A DNA stretch of 64,000 nucleotides from Octopus bimaculoides (GCF_001194135.2 NC_068988.1:17097975-17161974); one strand, 5' to 3'. Counted from the first letter of the stretch, positions 25,672 to 40,950 are shown. The notes: generated by a model from the letters alone, not told the origin. Numbers and translations are program-made.

Positions 25672-28290
25672 AAGAAGAAGAGAGTAAGAGTATTTGTGGG
25701 GATGTGTGTGAGAGACCAAGAAAATGAATTCGTGCATGAATGTGTGCGCTTGTGTTTCTGTCCAACGGAAAATGGCAGCAAACAATAGGGTGTGTAGACG
25801 ATATCTTGAGAGACAGATGTCAGAAGCTCGCAAATCTGGGTTATGGAAAGACTGAACGAATGAAAAAAAAAGATAAAGTAGATTTATTTAAGTGAATGGT
25901 AATAAGGGAGTGATAAATTATCAGAGAGAGAGAGAGGTATTAACAGAGATGATGTGTAAGTGCTTGTGTGTTTACGCCAACCAGAAGGAGAGTAAGTATA
26001 GAAGAGAAAGTAAACTTCTTAAATTCGGAGACCCTGTTGCTCTGAGTTAGTATGTAGAAAGAAAACAATGTTGACACAGGAGGGAAAAATAAACGAAGAT
26101 TAATAGACTGAGATGAACGCGATGTTTTTACGCAAATGAAGATAGATGGTAATGGAAAGAAACCATAATTAAACGAAACAATTTGAAAATTGGAGGCGAT
26201 ATCTAAATGAAAATGATATGAAACTAAACAGTCGAAGACATGAGCTGTTCACGAGGGTAAAAGAAAGAAAATAGAAAATTATGACATTATACTAATGACG
26301 TATGGCACTGAATATTGTCATTTTCCAAACATTTGAAACAATGTCAACCTTTGATATCAAAAATCTTTAGTCAATCATACTCTGCTCGGTGAAACTAAGG
26401 CTCCCTCTCTGTCTAAAATGCTGGGTATGTTGAGATACTGATTCTAGAGGAAAGGATTTAGCATATGTAATATAATGAATTCAAGCTCTTCAATAGATAT
26501 TATCCATTTAGGGATCAGATACACACTTGACTTAAATTAATACAATGTGAATAATATAGTCGCTGGAAAATATCATGAAATATGTGACGTTTACCAATCA
26601 CGTATGTACTTCATCAAATGTACTTCATGAAGACTGTCTGTCTGTAATTGTAACCCTTTCACTTAAATTCTCTAAGTTAATAAAATGTCTTCTCAAAGTT
26701 TTTTTTCATTTGAACTGAAATACGATAAGACATTACATATTTCATGTTTGCAAAATATTCCAAAACAGTTATTTTTTTATATTATTTATGTTATTATAAT
26801 TTACCTTCACTCTTAAATCTTGGAATAATTGTAATGGCATTCGATTTTTGTCAAAACATTGTGTTAAATATAAGATCTTAAATTAGATATATTTTGTAAG
26901 GTGAGGAGTCAGTTGTATTTCCCCTCAGCTATATTGTTGCCTTATATAATTATCATCAGTACTAATATTTCTCATTCCAAATAACCTGTGCGCTATATAT
27001 CGTATGGTAGAGATAGGTGATATAATACGTCATATAAATGCCATTCTTGAACCATATTTTCCATTTGTACAAACGTTCAGTTAATTGAATTAGTTGGAAT
27101 TATTTTCTTTCAGTTGATTTTTATTTTTATTTTTGTGTGTACCACCACTAAACGGTAATTTGTCTAATTATTGCACAGATATTTTTAGCTAGTCGATATC
27201 TTTCAAAGCAATATATTACATATTAACTTACCATGTTGTTATATAACAAGCAACAAAAATCTATAGTCATATTTTCTCCCAGTCATGTCTTTGAAATTGA
27301 AAAACATAGTCACCGCAGTCTCCATCTACTTTTCGAACCTCCTTCATATATATATNNNNNNNNNNNNNNNNNNNNNNNNNNNNNNNNNNNNNNNNNNNNN
27401 NNNNNNNNNNNNNNNNNNNNNNNNNNNNNNNNNNNNNNNNNNNNNNNNNNNNNNNNNNNNNNNNNNNNNNNNNNNNNNNNNNNNNNNNNNNNNNNNNNNN
27501 NNNNNNNNNNNNNNNNNNNNNNNNNNNNNNNNNNNNNNNNNNNNNNNNNNNNNNNNNNNNNNNNNNNNNNNNNNNNNNNNNNNNNNNNNNNNNNNNNNNN
27601 NNNNNNNNNNNNNNNNNNNNNNNNNNNNNNNNNNNNNNNNNNNNNNNNNNNNNNNNNNNNNNNNNNNNNNNNNNNNNNNNNNNNNNNNNNNNNNNNNNNN
27701 NNNNNNNNNNNNNNNNNNNNNNNNNNNNNNNNNNNNNNNNNNNNNNNNNNNNNNNNNNNNNNNNNNNNNNNNNNNNNNNNNNNNNNNNNNNNNNNNNNNN
27801 NNNNNNNNNNNNNNNNNNNNNNNNNNNNNNNNNNNNNNNNNNNNNNNNNNNNNNNNNNNNNNNNNNNNNNNNNNNNNNNNNNNNNNNNNNNNNNNNNNNN
27901 NNNNNNNNNNNNNNNNNNNNNNNNNNNNNNNNNNNNNNNNNNNNNNNNNNNNNNNNNNNNNNNNNNNNNNNNNNNNNNNNNNNNNNNNNNNNNNNNNNNN
28001 NNNNNNNNNNNNNNNNNNNNNNNNNNNNNNNNNNNNNNNNNNNNNNNNNNNNNNNNNNNNNNNNNNNNNNNNNNNNNNNNNNNNNNNNNNNNNNNNNNNN
28101 NNNNNNNNNNNNNNNNNNNNNNNNNNNNNNNNNNNNNNNNNNNNNNNNNNNNNNNNNNNNNNNNNNNNNNNNNNNNNNNNNNNNNNNNNNNNNNNNNNNN
28201 NNNNNNNNNNNNNNNNNNNNNNNNNNNNATGTATGTATGTATACACACACGCACGCACGCACACGCACACACATACACACACACACACCC

Positions 28291-28342
<52 letters not shown>

Positions 28343-29174
28343 GTATATATATACATCCACAGAGAGGGGATGAGCTTTCTTTCAATTTTTGTCTACCAAT
28401 TCACTCGAAAGGCTTTCGTTGATCCGAAGATTTAGCAGCGCACTGCCACACCTACGTCTGCATATATTATATTATATGTGAGTCTGAGTTTTAAGTTATG
28501 CCAACAGAGGGACATATGCTTCTATGTAAAATGGTAATACTACATAAGAGTGATGCTCGCTTACCGTACTACGCTTCAGACTAGATTTATATTCCGAAAT
28601 GTTTTGCTATATTTCCCGAAGTTTCAGTTATTTAAATACGAGATTTTCAATTTTAATCAACATTTAAGAGTGATTTTTATTTTCCAGTAGTACGTAGAAT
28701 TTCGGTTTATCCACAATTTTCAAATAATGAATGTATATATGTGATACTACAACACATTTATGTAATGGCACATTGCTTTATCAATATACAACGTTGTGAA
28801 ATTAGAAAAAAACTCGTAAAGATAAAACGGAGAAGAAAGGCTATGTGGAAAGTGAAAGAGAAAGAGAAAACAGGAGAATTGAGGTTCAAATATTAACACA
28901 TTGACAATCAACAATGTAGAACTAGCATAAAACTAGATCAAGTGGGGGAAATCAAATAGAACTGCTTTGATAATTGAACGAGGAATTATACTGATGAGGA
29001 TGGGGGAGTGAAAAATAGAACCTTCGACAAGAAGAGAATGAATGGCGGAAGAAATCTTGACAAGATGACATTGATATACACAAATAAACAAATTGGTTGC
29101 TGACGTTTGAAGCGATAACAATATAAATATATATTATTAGCATCAGCAACAACCTGAATGCCAAAGGAATGATG

Positions 29175-29251
<77 letters not shown>
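29175..29251. repeat. (AAT)n microsatellite
   Basis: Direct reading. Confidence 0.95.
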
Positions 29252-29252
<1 letters not shown>

Positions 29253-29621
29253 GACGACTCCAAACATATAAATATTCAATCAAGCATTTTGAGATTTACA
29301 AACAGAAGATCAACAGTGACCTGAACAGAGTATATAAACATTATTTGCTATTTGTATCGATCTGCTGGTAAGTAAATGTGTATCGCTGTGCATATGAATG
29401 TATATATATATCTGTGTGTGTGTGTGTGCGTGTGTGTGTTTGTGTGTGCGCGTGCGCATGTGTGTGTGTTTGTGTGTGTGTATGGGGGTAAGTATAATGT
29501 AGGCCGAATCATATGTACACATGGCATAAAGAAAATAAACATTCCAAAATAAATACGCAATACGCAGAACCCACATACACAGACATTTTATGCGTGTATG
29601 TCTGTGTGTGTGTGTGTGTTT

Positions 29622-29657
<36 letters not shown>

Positions 29658-29786
29658 CTAAAAAGCAGTAAACATGTATGAATGGGTATTCGTCAATATA
29701 CGCCTTTGTATATGCATATATTTTTTCTGTATATATACCTCACAATCTATGAATGTCGATGCATGTAAAAAATTATAAGAATATGA

Positions 29787-29869
<83 letters not shown>

Positions 29870-30246
29870 GATGTGTGTATACGTCAATGTTTTTGTGAGT
29901 GTACGTGCGTGAATAACAACGCATTCATGTATGCAGGGAGAAATATGGCAAGAAAACGAGTGGCAAAAATTCAATGCATAATGAAAACAAGAGCGCTACA
30001 GATGAAACACACGCACACTCACACACATATACACACACTCACACACACACAGACACAGATAAACGAACAAATATGCCAATCTCCCTTTAAAATGAATATT
30101 ACTAATCTTCTATCTATGTCTGCGATATATTTCAGATGGAATTGTGGAATAGTATAGATTCAGTATAGATGGAATAATGTAGAGTGAAAACATTTCGACG
30201 GCTATGATAATAGCTGTGGGTTAATGCCTTTAATATATGTTACTTA

Positions 30247-30461
30247 CTATAATCCCTCGACTATCGCGGGTTTAAAATTCCTACCCCATCCCTCCGGCGA
30301 TAGGTGAAAATCATTGAAGTAGAAACCCTACTGTACTGTATATCATTTTAAAATTATTTTTAGCATTTGTATATATATATTTTATTATAAATGAAAAAAA
30401 GACGTTAGATTAAATAATAAACTGCGATAGGTAAACCACGATATGGCGAGACAGTGCAGTA
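30247..30461. mobile_element. Degenerate pogo/Tigger-like MITE
   Basis: TA-CTATAATCCCTCGACTATCGCGGG left end and GCGATAGGTAAACCACGATATGGCGAGACAGTGCAG-TA right end; weak terminal inverted similarity. Confidence 0.4.
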
Positions 30462-30569
30462 TATATCAGAAAAATAAATTATCCAGATATCTGGATGGTT
30501 GTACATATACAAATAATTATATATGTTTTTACAAATCACATATTTTCATCTACTCTAATAGATTCTTCA

Positions 30570-30765
30570 GAGCCCCAATCACCAAAACAACAACTAAGCC
30601 ACTTCATAGATGTTCTCCTCAAAACTTTATGCCCACTGATACCAAGTTACATAAGGAGTGACATAGACTTTTCCATACACATTCCAAATACGGTTCCGGA
30701 ATATGCCATACATGCAAGCTTTGATATCACAAACTTATACACGAACATACCACCCCTCTGATATA
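30570..30765 (+). mobile_element. Penelope-like reverse transcriptase fragment
   Basis: LSHFIDVLLKTLCPLIPSYIRSDIDFSIHIPNTVPEYAIHASFDITNLYTNIP contains the PLE-type SFDxxxLYTNIP motif. Confidence 0.8.
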
Positions 30766-30787
30766 GTGGCATTTTCAAACTTCTAAT

Positions 30788-30822
<35 letters not shown>

Positions 30823-32863
30823 GGCGTAGAAATAGCATATTCACGCTCGAATGTGCAGTAACGTATGATAAATGAATATGCAAGTAATGCTTTTGAACTA
30901 CGTTGTTTACCTTGCTTAGGACGAATTATTATTATATCGCTCCTGGAAGAAAATGCAAACCAGCTGCCCTATTACTACGGCATTTAGCTGCTTCTGTTTA
31001 CAATTATGCAGTAGTATATACAAATGAATATTATGAAAATTCAACCTTAATTATTGACCTTTGCATATTTTTAAAATTATTTTCCCCACTATGATTTTAT
31101 GGCAAATTATTGAATCACTGATTACTCTCGATAATTTAAATGCCGTACATTATATAGAAAATAGCACCTCATCCAAGTATATTCCTGTCCAGCAATAGAT
31201 CATGGTTTGTGATAACTTGTTTGAAAACCAGGTATTTAAGATTACCATCATATTCAATGTTGTGTTTTGAAATAGTTATTAAATACACACTAAAAGCGAA
31301 TTAATCTAGATTAAATGCACAATGAAGGAAATTAAAATTGATTTTCATGTAGAATCCAAACATATTCACTTGCACACATATTTACACATGCCCAGACATA
31401 CAGAAAAACAAACGCATACACAGAGGCACATTTGCTTGTTTGTGGGTGCGTGTGTGTGTCTCTGTGTATGTATGTGTGTGTGTATATGTGCCAGAGATGT
31501 AGCATTAACATTAATTTTAGACAACATAAGCCTGACAGAATATGTAATGTGATTGTATGCATGTACTGCAAGTATTGACTAGTGAATGTGGGTCTCTATT
31601 GTTTCAATCTACAGCTTCACTCACAAGTTATGTGTTGATTTGCAAATATAGAAATGGCATATATCCATGAATCTATGCTATGACATGAAACTTATAACCT
31701 CATGTTTGCAAAGTGAACATGAAGCTTCTGAAATATTAGGATACACTCACGCACACACAAACATTCACACACACACAAATGGTTGGAATGAACAGAAAAT
31801 AAAGGACAGTGGCTGGCGAGGGAACAACAAGCATGGTGTATTTGACGTTCCCAGTCTAAGTTCTTCCACAAGGACGAGTAAAGAAAACGGACAAAGGAAA
31901 AAATCTTGTTTAGATTAACGGTTATACACGGCGGAAACAAATATATGTTTTCATGTAAATATAAATTCACTTCATTTTCATCAGGCTAACCACAATTTGG
32001 GCTAAAAACACTTTCACAGCTCGACAATCTGAAAGAAATATCATGTTGCCTGAAAACGCTGTAGAAATGTTAGATTATAACACGATTTCATGCGTTTATT
32101 CATACATGTAGTAAAAGATGATAGTTTAATTATAGAGAACACGAAATTATTCATCATGTGATTGGATACCACCCAGAAACGAGATTTTAGTTAACTCATT
32201 GAAAACATTATTATGACAAGCCAACAATGAAACTAATAATACGAAAAGCAGCCAAGCATACTTTACACCCAGTGCGATCATCTTAAAATTAATACACACA
32301 GTAACGTTCTTCGATAGTCCATGTGTGCAATACTAAAAAATAAATTTCCAGTGTCATATATTCAATTGTAGTTCATCATAGGGGTACAGGATTATGACTC
32401 ACCGCTAAACAATTTCAACGCTAACAATACACATAGAATATCCACGTAGTCAATGTGGTCGTACATGTTATATAGTCGGGAGTGCTTAGTAGACTCAATA
32501 ATAGTATCGATTGAATTAACACATGCACAAAGAGGGATCAATAATAGAATTTCCATCATTAAACAGAGGAAATTGAAAGGCGTCAGAGTCATTTTTCATT
32601 TTCCGAAAGTGAAAATTAAAAAGATTTTTATAAAATATATGGTCAAAGATTACCATCTTTATATTAGATCAACGGGAAGCATGGAGCCTGTTTGCGATTA
32701 ATATGCTTCATAAAAGAATTATCAGTAACGTAGTGCTGCAAGAAGTATGGATTTCCCTAAAAGACAAAGACGACCGTTCACTTAAACATTTATTTACTTA
32801 AATATCTTCTAATTTTAGTTTTCACCAAACGATATGTTCATTCTTGTTCACGCGTCACTATTG

Positions 32864-32899
<36 letters not shown>

Positions 32900-32916
32900 C
32901 CCTCTGTCTTTCTCTC

Positions 32917-32947
<31 letters not shown>

Positions 32948-33595
32948 CCTCATAGTTATATACATCCTCAGAGTTATTTTAAATTTAGATGAAAATCTCA
33001 AAATAGTGGCGCAGATAATAATGGTTGAATGGAGTAGGAGGAGAAAGATATCTGAAAATTAATCGTGACAAGATGACCGCATTAACCGAGATGTGTATCT
33101 TTTTCACCATTTATTCACAACATATTTGGTACAATTTTCATCGTAGTATACATTTTTCTTTCTATTGTGATAATTTAATTTCTCCAAATAGTTTCTTTTT
33201 ACATAGGGTTGCTTGTATTTTCCCAACAGATTAGAATCGTTTATATACAAAATAGTTGAAGCATCAGCGGGTTGTAGTATAGTCAGTCTCGTCTCGGTTT
33301 ATAACCAAAATATATTTCTGTCTCAGCTCCCTTAGCGCCATACATATTTATTGATGAATTCAAGAGTTTCAATGTTCCTGAGAATATGCCTTCAGTTATG
33401 TCATATTTAAGCAATACCATTCAGTTGTTAACATGGGACCATTTTCTTCTTGGCTCACTTGGCCCCAGCCAACACGGATACCATGCAGATTCGATCAAGT
33501 CGGTTGTTGATGTATGTTTGCACGTGTGGGCATAAACACACATCTACACACACACGCACATACACAGAGATGCACACAGAGATGCACACACAGAT

Positions 33596-33630
<35 letters not shown>

Positions 33631-33633
<3 letters not shown>

Positions 33634-34057
33634 TGTGCCATTCCATAAATAATGCAGTTTTACTATACATTTATGTTTGAAAATTACGATAAGAAAATAC
33701 GTTTTTATCTAAAATATACTCTCCTTCATTTTCTACAATGTTCTTACATTTATCTGGTACAATATCAAGGACATTCTTCCAAAATGCACTTGTGCGTGAC
33801 GAAAAATACTCCCCCAGAAAAGTTCTGATCTCATCTAGAGAATTCAGATTTGTTCCGTCCGAATGATTCTGAAGACTGTGGAATAAATGATAATCAGATG
33901 GGGCGATGTTTGGCGAATATTTTAGGTGGGGCATAGTTTTCCATTCAAACTGCTCCAGCCTTTGGAATGTCATCCTCACTGTATGGGACTGAGTATGGGG
34001 TTTCGTACTGAAACTAAAGACGATCATTTTCCTACTAGCGCTGACTTGAATGATTGG

Positions 34058-34060
<3 letters not shown>
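33631..34060 (-). mobile_element. Mariner transposase 3' fragment with terminal repeat
   Basis: FQRLEQFEWKTMPHLKYSPNIAPSDYHLFHSLQNH..EGEYILD contains the YSPDLAPSD-type motif. TIR-like TGTTGTGCCATTCCATAAATAATGCAG at 33631. Confidence 0.85.
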
Positions 34061-34101
<41 letters not shown>

Positions 34102-34619
34102 TGTATATATTGTATATAAAGCTACGTGAAACTGTGTTAATTGTATTTGAAAACAAAAATGCAGCGAGAACTTAGTACTGCGAGCATTAAAATCATCTCT
34201 TCAGTTTTCCTGAGAGAACACCGAGAAGGAATTCTATAGAAATTCAGTTTGTATTTGAAATACATATAGACGAGTCTATAAACGAGACATAGTTTAACCT
34301 TCACGTTTTGGTACCTTTCTTCATCTATAAAATGAAGTAACAGGGTATTACTCAAATTGTTTTGAAAGAGGTATTTCCGGGATTAAATGTAGTTTTTTCT
34401 GAATCGGTATACATGACAATAGGCACGGATAGGGTTCTAAGAATGCAATGAAAGGGCAGATATGATATTATTCTCTAAGAATACTATTGTTTTGTGAATT
34501 ATGATCTGTGTAGGATAAAGATAATGCTTTTGTCTTCGATTGATGACATAGCTTCAGATAGGTCTTATCTTTTTCATAGGGAAACTTTGTTTAAAGGATC
34601 TATTTTGAACCGCAATAGG

Positions 34620-35160
34620 GTATATATTTGAGCCTTAGATTGTTATTTCTACTGTGGTATTGCCAGAAGAAATCGTTGTCGCCAAATAAACATAGTAAAT
34701 ATTCTATGACATTAGTGAAGTTTTTCTTCTGGTTGTTGTCGTAACTGGTTGAGGTTTCTTCTGTGCGGGTTATAGTGGATGACGACTCTATCATCTTGGC
34801 GAATAACCAACGCGCTGTGGGTTAGCATTAGTCTGAAACCTACCCGGGAGACTCACCCTACTAGAGTTGTCCTACCAGAAGCAAAGCTCCAGACGATAAC
34901 ATTCTCTCGGTCTATCAAAATCACAAGTTTAATACCGTGACATTTGCACCAACTGACATAGCGATTTCACCATTTTCCTGTCTGTACAAAATATATCATA
35001 GTTTTCTTTGTGCACCTCTGCATCATTTATATCTGTACTTAGATACATTTCTGCAAATATTATGTATATTGTTTGATTACATGCAACAATGTCCCTCCGA
35101 TACGAAATTTTACTTTTGCTGCTCAGCTCTGAGAACCCTCTACAATTCAACAATATAACT
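34620..35160 (-). mobile_element. LINE apurinic-type endonuclease domain relic (CR1/L2 group)
   Basis: ILLNCRGF..KSKISY....IIFAEMYLSTDINDAEVHKENYDIFCTDRK follows the APE N-terminal pattern. The downstream part is degraded. Confidence 0.7.
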
Positions 35161-38100
35161 GGTATGATGTTTTTTGATGGCATGCATTGATGTCGCAATT
35201 CCATTTATGACGAAGTCAGATGCTATATTTTGTTGTCTAACTATTCTTCAATAGTTCTTTATATCCATTAATCTATTCATATATATATATATATATATAT
35301 ATATACATGTGTGTGTGTCCGTGTGTGTGTATTTGTATGCATTTGATTATCTATATAATTAGTTATGAGTATATTCATATGTACGTCTGTGTATACACAC
35401 ACATGCACACATATATATATCTGCATGTGTATATATTAATACCTACGCTGGTGGTTGTACAGATAGACGGGTGGGGGATAACTATAATTCTATGCTCGAT
35501 TAAGATTACTTTAAAAATTTAAGTATCAGAGCATCTAATGCAGTTACACAACGAAATATCCAGTATATTGTTGGTTAATAGGAATGCAAAATGTACGTCC
35601 GTAGAGCTCAATACAGAGCTGCAGCATGGCCAGATAATTGCTACTATAATCTAAATTTTATGTGCCATTGATTCTTTGAAGATTGTGCATTTTAAATTAA
35701 TGGTTTCTACATTCAACATTGTCTTTGTATATCTTGCTTTTAACATCTTTAGTTTCGGACACCATTTTTAAAAACATTACTTGAAAGTGTTTAGGTTAAT
35801 TGGATTCTTTGCCAATAATTTCTTTTTAATGTCGATTCCGTCTCGCTAGCTATCTTGGAAATTGTATCAGAGATTCTTGGTTAGCTAATGAAATTAATGT
35901 GGCGATGAAAAGGAGACGGAGAAAAATAGCAATTTTCCGGAAACTTGTCTCAATATCTCTAGTTTTAATATTCGTCAGCGTATTTTTCTTTTCACATAAT
36001 TATAGACGTTATCCATTGTTGCTGTTTCAAAATAAATCAAAAATAGTTTTGCACAATCTACAGAGGGGCTCTTATCTGGAATTATTATTATGATTATATA
36101 TATTTTTTATTGTCATATTCTGTTCGATGTATTTCTGCACTATATGCCACCAATTACTACCATGTATTACTTGCAATTAATGTTATCAGCATAGCCATCG
36201 CGTAGTTTACTACAGAATCTCACTTCAGATATTATTGCTGGTGGAAGATGAATTTTTATTCCACACTGAATTGCAGTCCTCAGTTTATGTGATTTTCATA
36301 AACTCGAACTTCACTTACGTTTCGCTGCATTAAAATGCTTTAAATAACATATCTCCTTATTAGACAATCTGTTTCACGTCAAAAATCATACTAAATATCA
36401 TGATTATATTTTTGTCCCTTTATTTTCTCTCCATAACCTACAAGTTTTAACTCGAATAAAATGCACGACGTTATATAACACATAAAACGTTATATTTTAT
36501 ACCGTCATAAAGCACGGAATATATTTTCATCAAACACTCTTAGACGAATTCACTGAAGTTATACATTTTATGGCTGTGCGAGATTTATTAAATTCAGTTG
36601 GAGCTATGAATGATCTAAACTATAATGGAGCATTATAACTTTTGATAATTGATTTTGTCTTTCCAGGCTAATATATCTAATACGGAAGTGATTTCATTTA
36701 CTCCTTTCTAATTATTTTCCACTTACGTGAAGTAACATATGTGTTGTGGCTATTGTCTAGCCTTTAGATCAGCTTCCATCGCACAAAGCGATGTCGAAAG
36801 GGTTTCACAGAATAAGTAACGTTTATGTATCTTTATTTCATACAACATATATATTGGACTACATTGTCGAATCTTTCCTTTATTATATCAGATACAAATT
36901 ATATAACTTGAGTTGGATATGATTGCAAATTGTAGGAGGTCCAACGACCATGTAGGGAATGTGTATGTTATTGATTTGTGGTTGGATCTTTTAAAAGTGT
37001 TTGGAGACCTACCATCAGAATGAATACACCCTGTGAATGCACAATAGAAATCTATACACAACGTAAAATATACGTTCATTTCACCCCGTAAATATACTCA
37101 CCTATAGAGGAAGCGATTTTTCCCCTTCCGATAAAAACACTACTTCATTATTACTGTCTTTCAGTAAATACGCCGCCTCACCACTCTGTTATATATCTTT
37201 ATGAATTTATTAATCATATTCAATTTCAATGTTCCTTTTCTTGTCTGTATTTGAATTAATTAATCTTTTAAAATGTTTTCATTAAATATTTTAACTTGCA
37301 TTTGGCTACATGGTATGCAAGAAAAATGAACCATTGGTAAAGTTTTCCAACGTCTAATTCGGAACATTATGAATTAGTTTCAAATAAGGTTGAATGCAAT
37401 TCCAATTCGAATCATTTTTCTAGATATCTTTTAACCTGATAGTTTACAATATACATTTCCCTGTTTATTGAAGTATGAAATTATTCTTATTTATCTATTT
37501 TCGTGTGTTTATCAGTTTATAGGACATTCGGTGATATATTATATGTTAATAAATGTCTAATGTTGTTCCAGCTTATGATGAGTCTGAATGCATTTCTACG
37601 TGTAACCAAAAGAAATGTACCCTATCAGTTTTTCTCCCCTATATACATATCAATGTAGCAACGATCTTCTAATCACTGTTTATGTGTGGTTTCTTTCCAA
37701 TGAAATGTGTGCCATTGTCTCTGCAACTAATGCATCTCAGTTTATTTTGTTAGGCGTGTGTCTTCAGAGCATCCTGTAATATTACAATCAAAACATACCA
37801 GACGGTGAATGCAACCTGAAATGCCAATAACAAGCGTGCGCGAGTGTGCGAACATGTATCAGTGTACATGCATATATGTGCGTCTGTATATGTACATGAT
37901 AGAAGGATTCATTTGTTTTGAAAACAGCGACATTTGTAGTCACTTGGCCTCTTGCCAATCTTTGCTGTTGTTCCATATTAAAAACATCAAACATTTTGTA
38001 GCCCTAGTTTCGCACCAGCGTTTTATATTATAATATTTAGATGAACTTGCTCAGCATTTAATCTCTCATTTCCAAAAAGAAAAAAATCAAACAAGTCTAG

Positions 38101-38814
38101 AAGATATTGGAAATAGAAATAAGAAGAGGATATTTTGCTCCCTCGATCGTTTTATTATGAGTGACTTTGACAGGTCGTTAGCGCTACTCCCTTAGTTTCA
38201 TTACATATGGAGACAGATGAAGTTTGTTATATGAGTTTGCGATAATCTGGTCACCGTGCGTCTTCCTTGAAGTACCTTTAGTTTCTGAGACGAGGTAGAA
38301 GAAAGTCACTGTCAACACAGTGGTCCATCTCATAGTAGTACAATATTTTAATAAGAAGACGCAAATACAGTGATTGTACACGTTAGCAAGTCTTCAGGAG
38401 TTTCATATCTAAAAAAATATATATGACGCAAGAAAATATATTTATGTGAGTGAATATGCGCAGAACATGAAATTATTATGTTTATGGATGTTTTCTTATC
38501 GTATATGCTTATACCAAAATAATTCAATATAATATTATATTTGAAATTGTTTCTTCTACGACTAAATTGTTTCTTCTACGGCTAAATTGTTTATCGCCGT
38601 TTTCTTGTAAGTGTTCATTCTGTGATGCAATTTGGTTTTACACGCTATTTTTGCTTTTTTAATTTTTCTGTACTCTGTTATGAGTTATCGTTCCTCGATG
38701 AGCAGATTTGTAGATAATGGTAAACAAACCTTCTTCTTCTATTTCTTCTAATTATGATTATTAATATCATTATTGTTATTATTATTATTTTTCTTCTTAT
38801 TGTTATTTATCCTT

Positions 38815-39103
38815 TCTTATTTGAATCAAGGCCAGTGCATTTTAGGGGTGGGGAAGTCGATTACATCGACCCCACTGTTCAACATGTACTTAATTTATCG
38901 GTCAGCGAAGGTTCTAATGCAAAGTTCACGTGGATGAAATTTCAACTAAGAACTGAGAAAGTCATCGGTATCACAAGGGTCCATCTCATAGAGGTACAAT
39001 ATTTTAATAAGAAGACACATATATAGTGCTTGTACACATTAGCATGTCTTCAAAATTATTCCGACGCGGTTTTGATTCAACGCGCTCGCCGCCTTATTTT
39101 TAA
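38815..39103 (-). mobile_element. SINE family A interrupted by ~95-bp insert
   Basis: GGGGAAGTCGATTACATCGACCCC body at 38849 and head remnant GCTCGCCGCCTT at ~39086. The intervening 38957-39052 copies 38301-38396. Confidence 0.65.
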
Positions 39104-40913
39104 TCGTAGCAATAAGAAATAGAAAGAAGAGGTAGAAGAATAATTATTGATTTTAGTATGATTATTTCTTTAGTAGTAGTGTTAGCATAAGACATTATAA
39201 TTATTATTGTTCTTTCTATTGCTATTATTAGAACAATGTATTTATTAATGTTAATCTTGGCATTAAATCATGGTAAAAAAAAAATATTTGCACAAACAAT
39301 GCCACTCGCTGTTCAGAAGCAATTAACATATCTCATTACTAAATACTATTAAAATTTACCTTTTTTCTGTATAAAACATAAATCAATAATATTTAAAAGG
39401 TAGCCAAAATACAGTGTGACTTCTTATTGTGTAATAATTATCTATTTTATATAAATAGTTGTAGTCAAAGAGAATTGTGACTTACGCCTACTTGTTTTTC
39501 TTTTCTTCAGTGGTCGTATATAATCTGGAATAGTAGAAATAAACGTAAATTAGGGACTCGACAAATATGACTCCACAAAATATGTAAGACGCTGAAATAA
39601 GTACCTTCGTTTTAGTTACTGTGCTGCATTCCCATAATACATTTACTTGTTTCTTTCTTTTACAACTATAAAAAATGTTTTGTGTGAAATATATATATAT
39701 ATATTTAATTGTAATCAGAGTGTATATGAGGTACCCAATCAAACCTTACAGGCAGCGGAATATAAAACAGTGGCGAAGCACGGTAGGCCTTCCAGAAACT
39801 GGCAACATTTTACTTGTAGGTGTTAATACCATCGATTTTATACTCTGAAATATTTCTCTCCTTTGCTCTCGTCTAATCTTCTCACGACTTTTCTATCTCC
39901 TACAGCCACGAGAAAAATCCTTACCATTACCAACTTTTACACTAATATGAACCAGAATACTTCAAGACACCGTGAATCAGTAATAATTACTTTGAACAGC
40001 ATCAAAATCAACCACAAATTATCACAACACTACTATATTTTACTTACACTTATTATTTTCATTCTTCTGATTCCACTTCCAATATCAATATTTTCAGCAC
40101 TATTACAAATATATCTGCCACAGCTTGAAATGAAATGTCGCATGCCACCAAAAACACCACCACCACCACCACCACTATCACCACTACAAACCTATCTGCA
40201 CGGCATATACTTCTAATATAGCAAATTCTTTTTCATCAAAGATCTGATTGATGCCCTCTCCATTTACTGTAACACTGTGATGACAACATTGATTTGATAT
40301 ACTTCATACTATTTACCACTATGACAACTGAGTGCACATTCTTTTTCTCCGTTAAAGTTTGGAAATGTAATGCACTTTAAATCAGCTCTAATTTAATTAA
40401 AAGCTTTTTCTTGTAGCTTTATTTGTTTTGTTAATTGAATTAATTATGATTAAAGGTTTTTCGACCTCCGCTAATTGCGTACAAGACGGTTCTGTTCTTT
40501 TGCATTTGGGATTTTAGCTTGTCATACGCGTAATTGGTCAAGTGTCAAAAAAAGATTTATTTTTTGTAAATTTGCATAACACTATTTAAATGTATCTTAA
40601 TGGAATGTAAATTACTTTTAAAGCATAAAAAGTTAGCATTTAAATCAACTGTATGGGGGCTGTTCGAAAGTACACTTCCACTATTATAAAAGCACTTTTG
40701 ATATTTCAAACTGGCGAAGTTTTATCAAATCTTTTCACTCTTTTACATATAATAAAATTTTCTGCTCTGTGTTCCATTATGATGTCGACATAAAATCGCT
40801 AACATTTATTAAAATTTCGCATACAATATCCAAGTTATCTTAAAATCGATTCATATATGTGTGCGTGAGTTCGTGCATGTGTGTGTATTTGTATATGTAT
40901 GCATGTGTGTATA

Positions 40914-40950
<37 letters not shown>

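Noticed and set aside
28990-29160. CTGATGA on plus and CTGATGC...AAACGTC on minus
   Set aside because: No stem II pairing on plus; on minus the core is incomplete and overlaps the putative stem I.
29306-29367. Candidate exon KINSDLNRVYKHYLLFVSIC ending in G|GTAAGT
   Set aside because: Weak purine-rich acceptor, no recognisable homology, no partner exons.
30515-30575. Minus-strand CTGAAGA-ATCTA/TAGAT-GAAA
   Set aside because: The stem III register fails and there is no stem I; treated as chance.
38544-38592. 20-bp unit repeated about 2.5 times (similar short duplications at 53553-53594 and near 13265)
   Set aside because: Ordinary slippage duplications with no spacers; not CRISPR-like.
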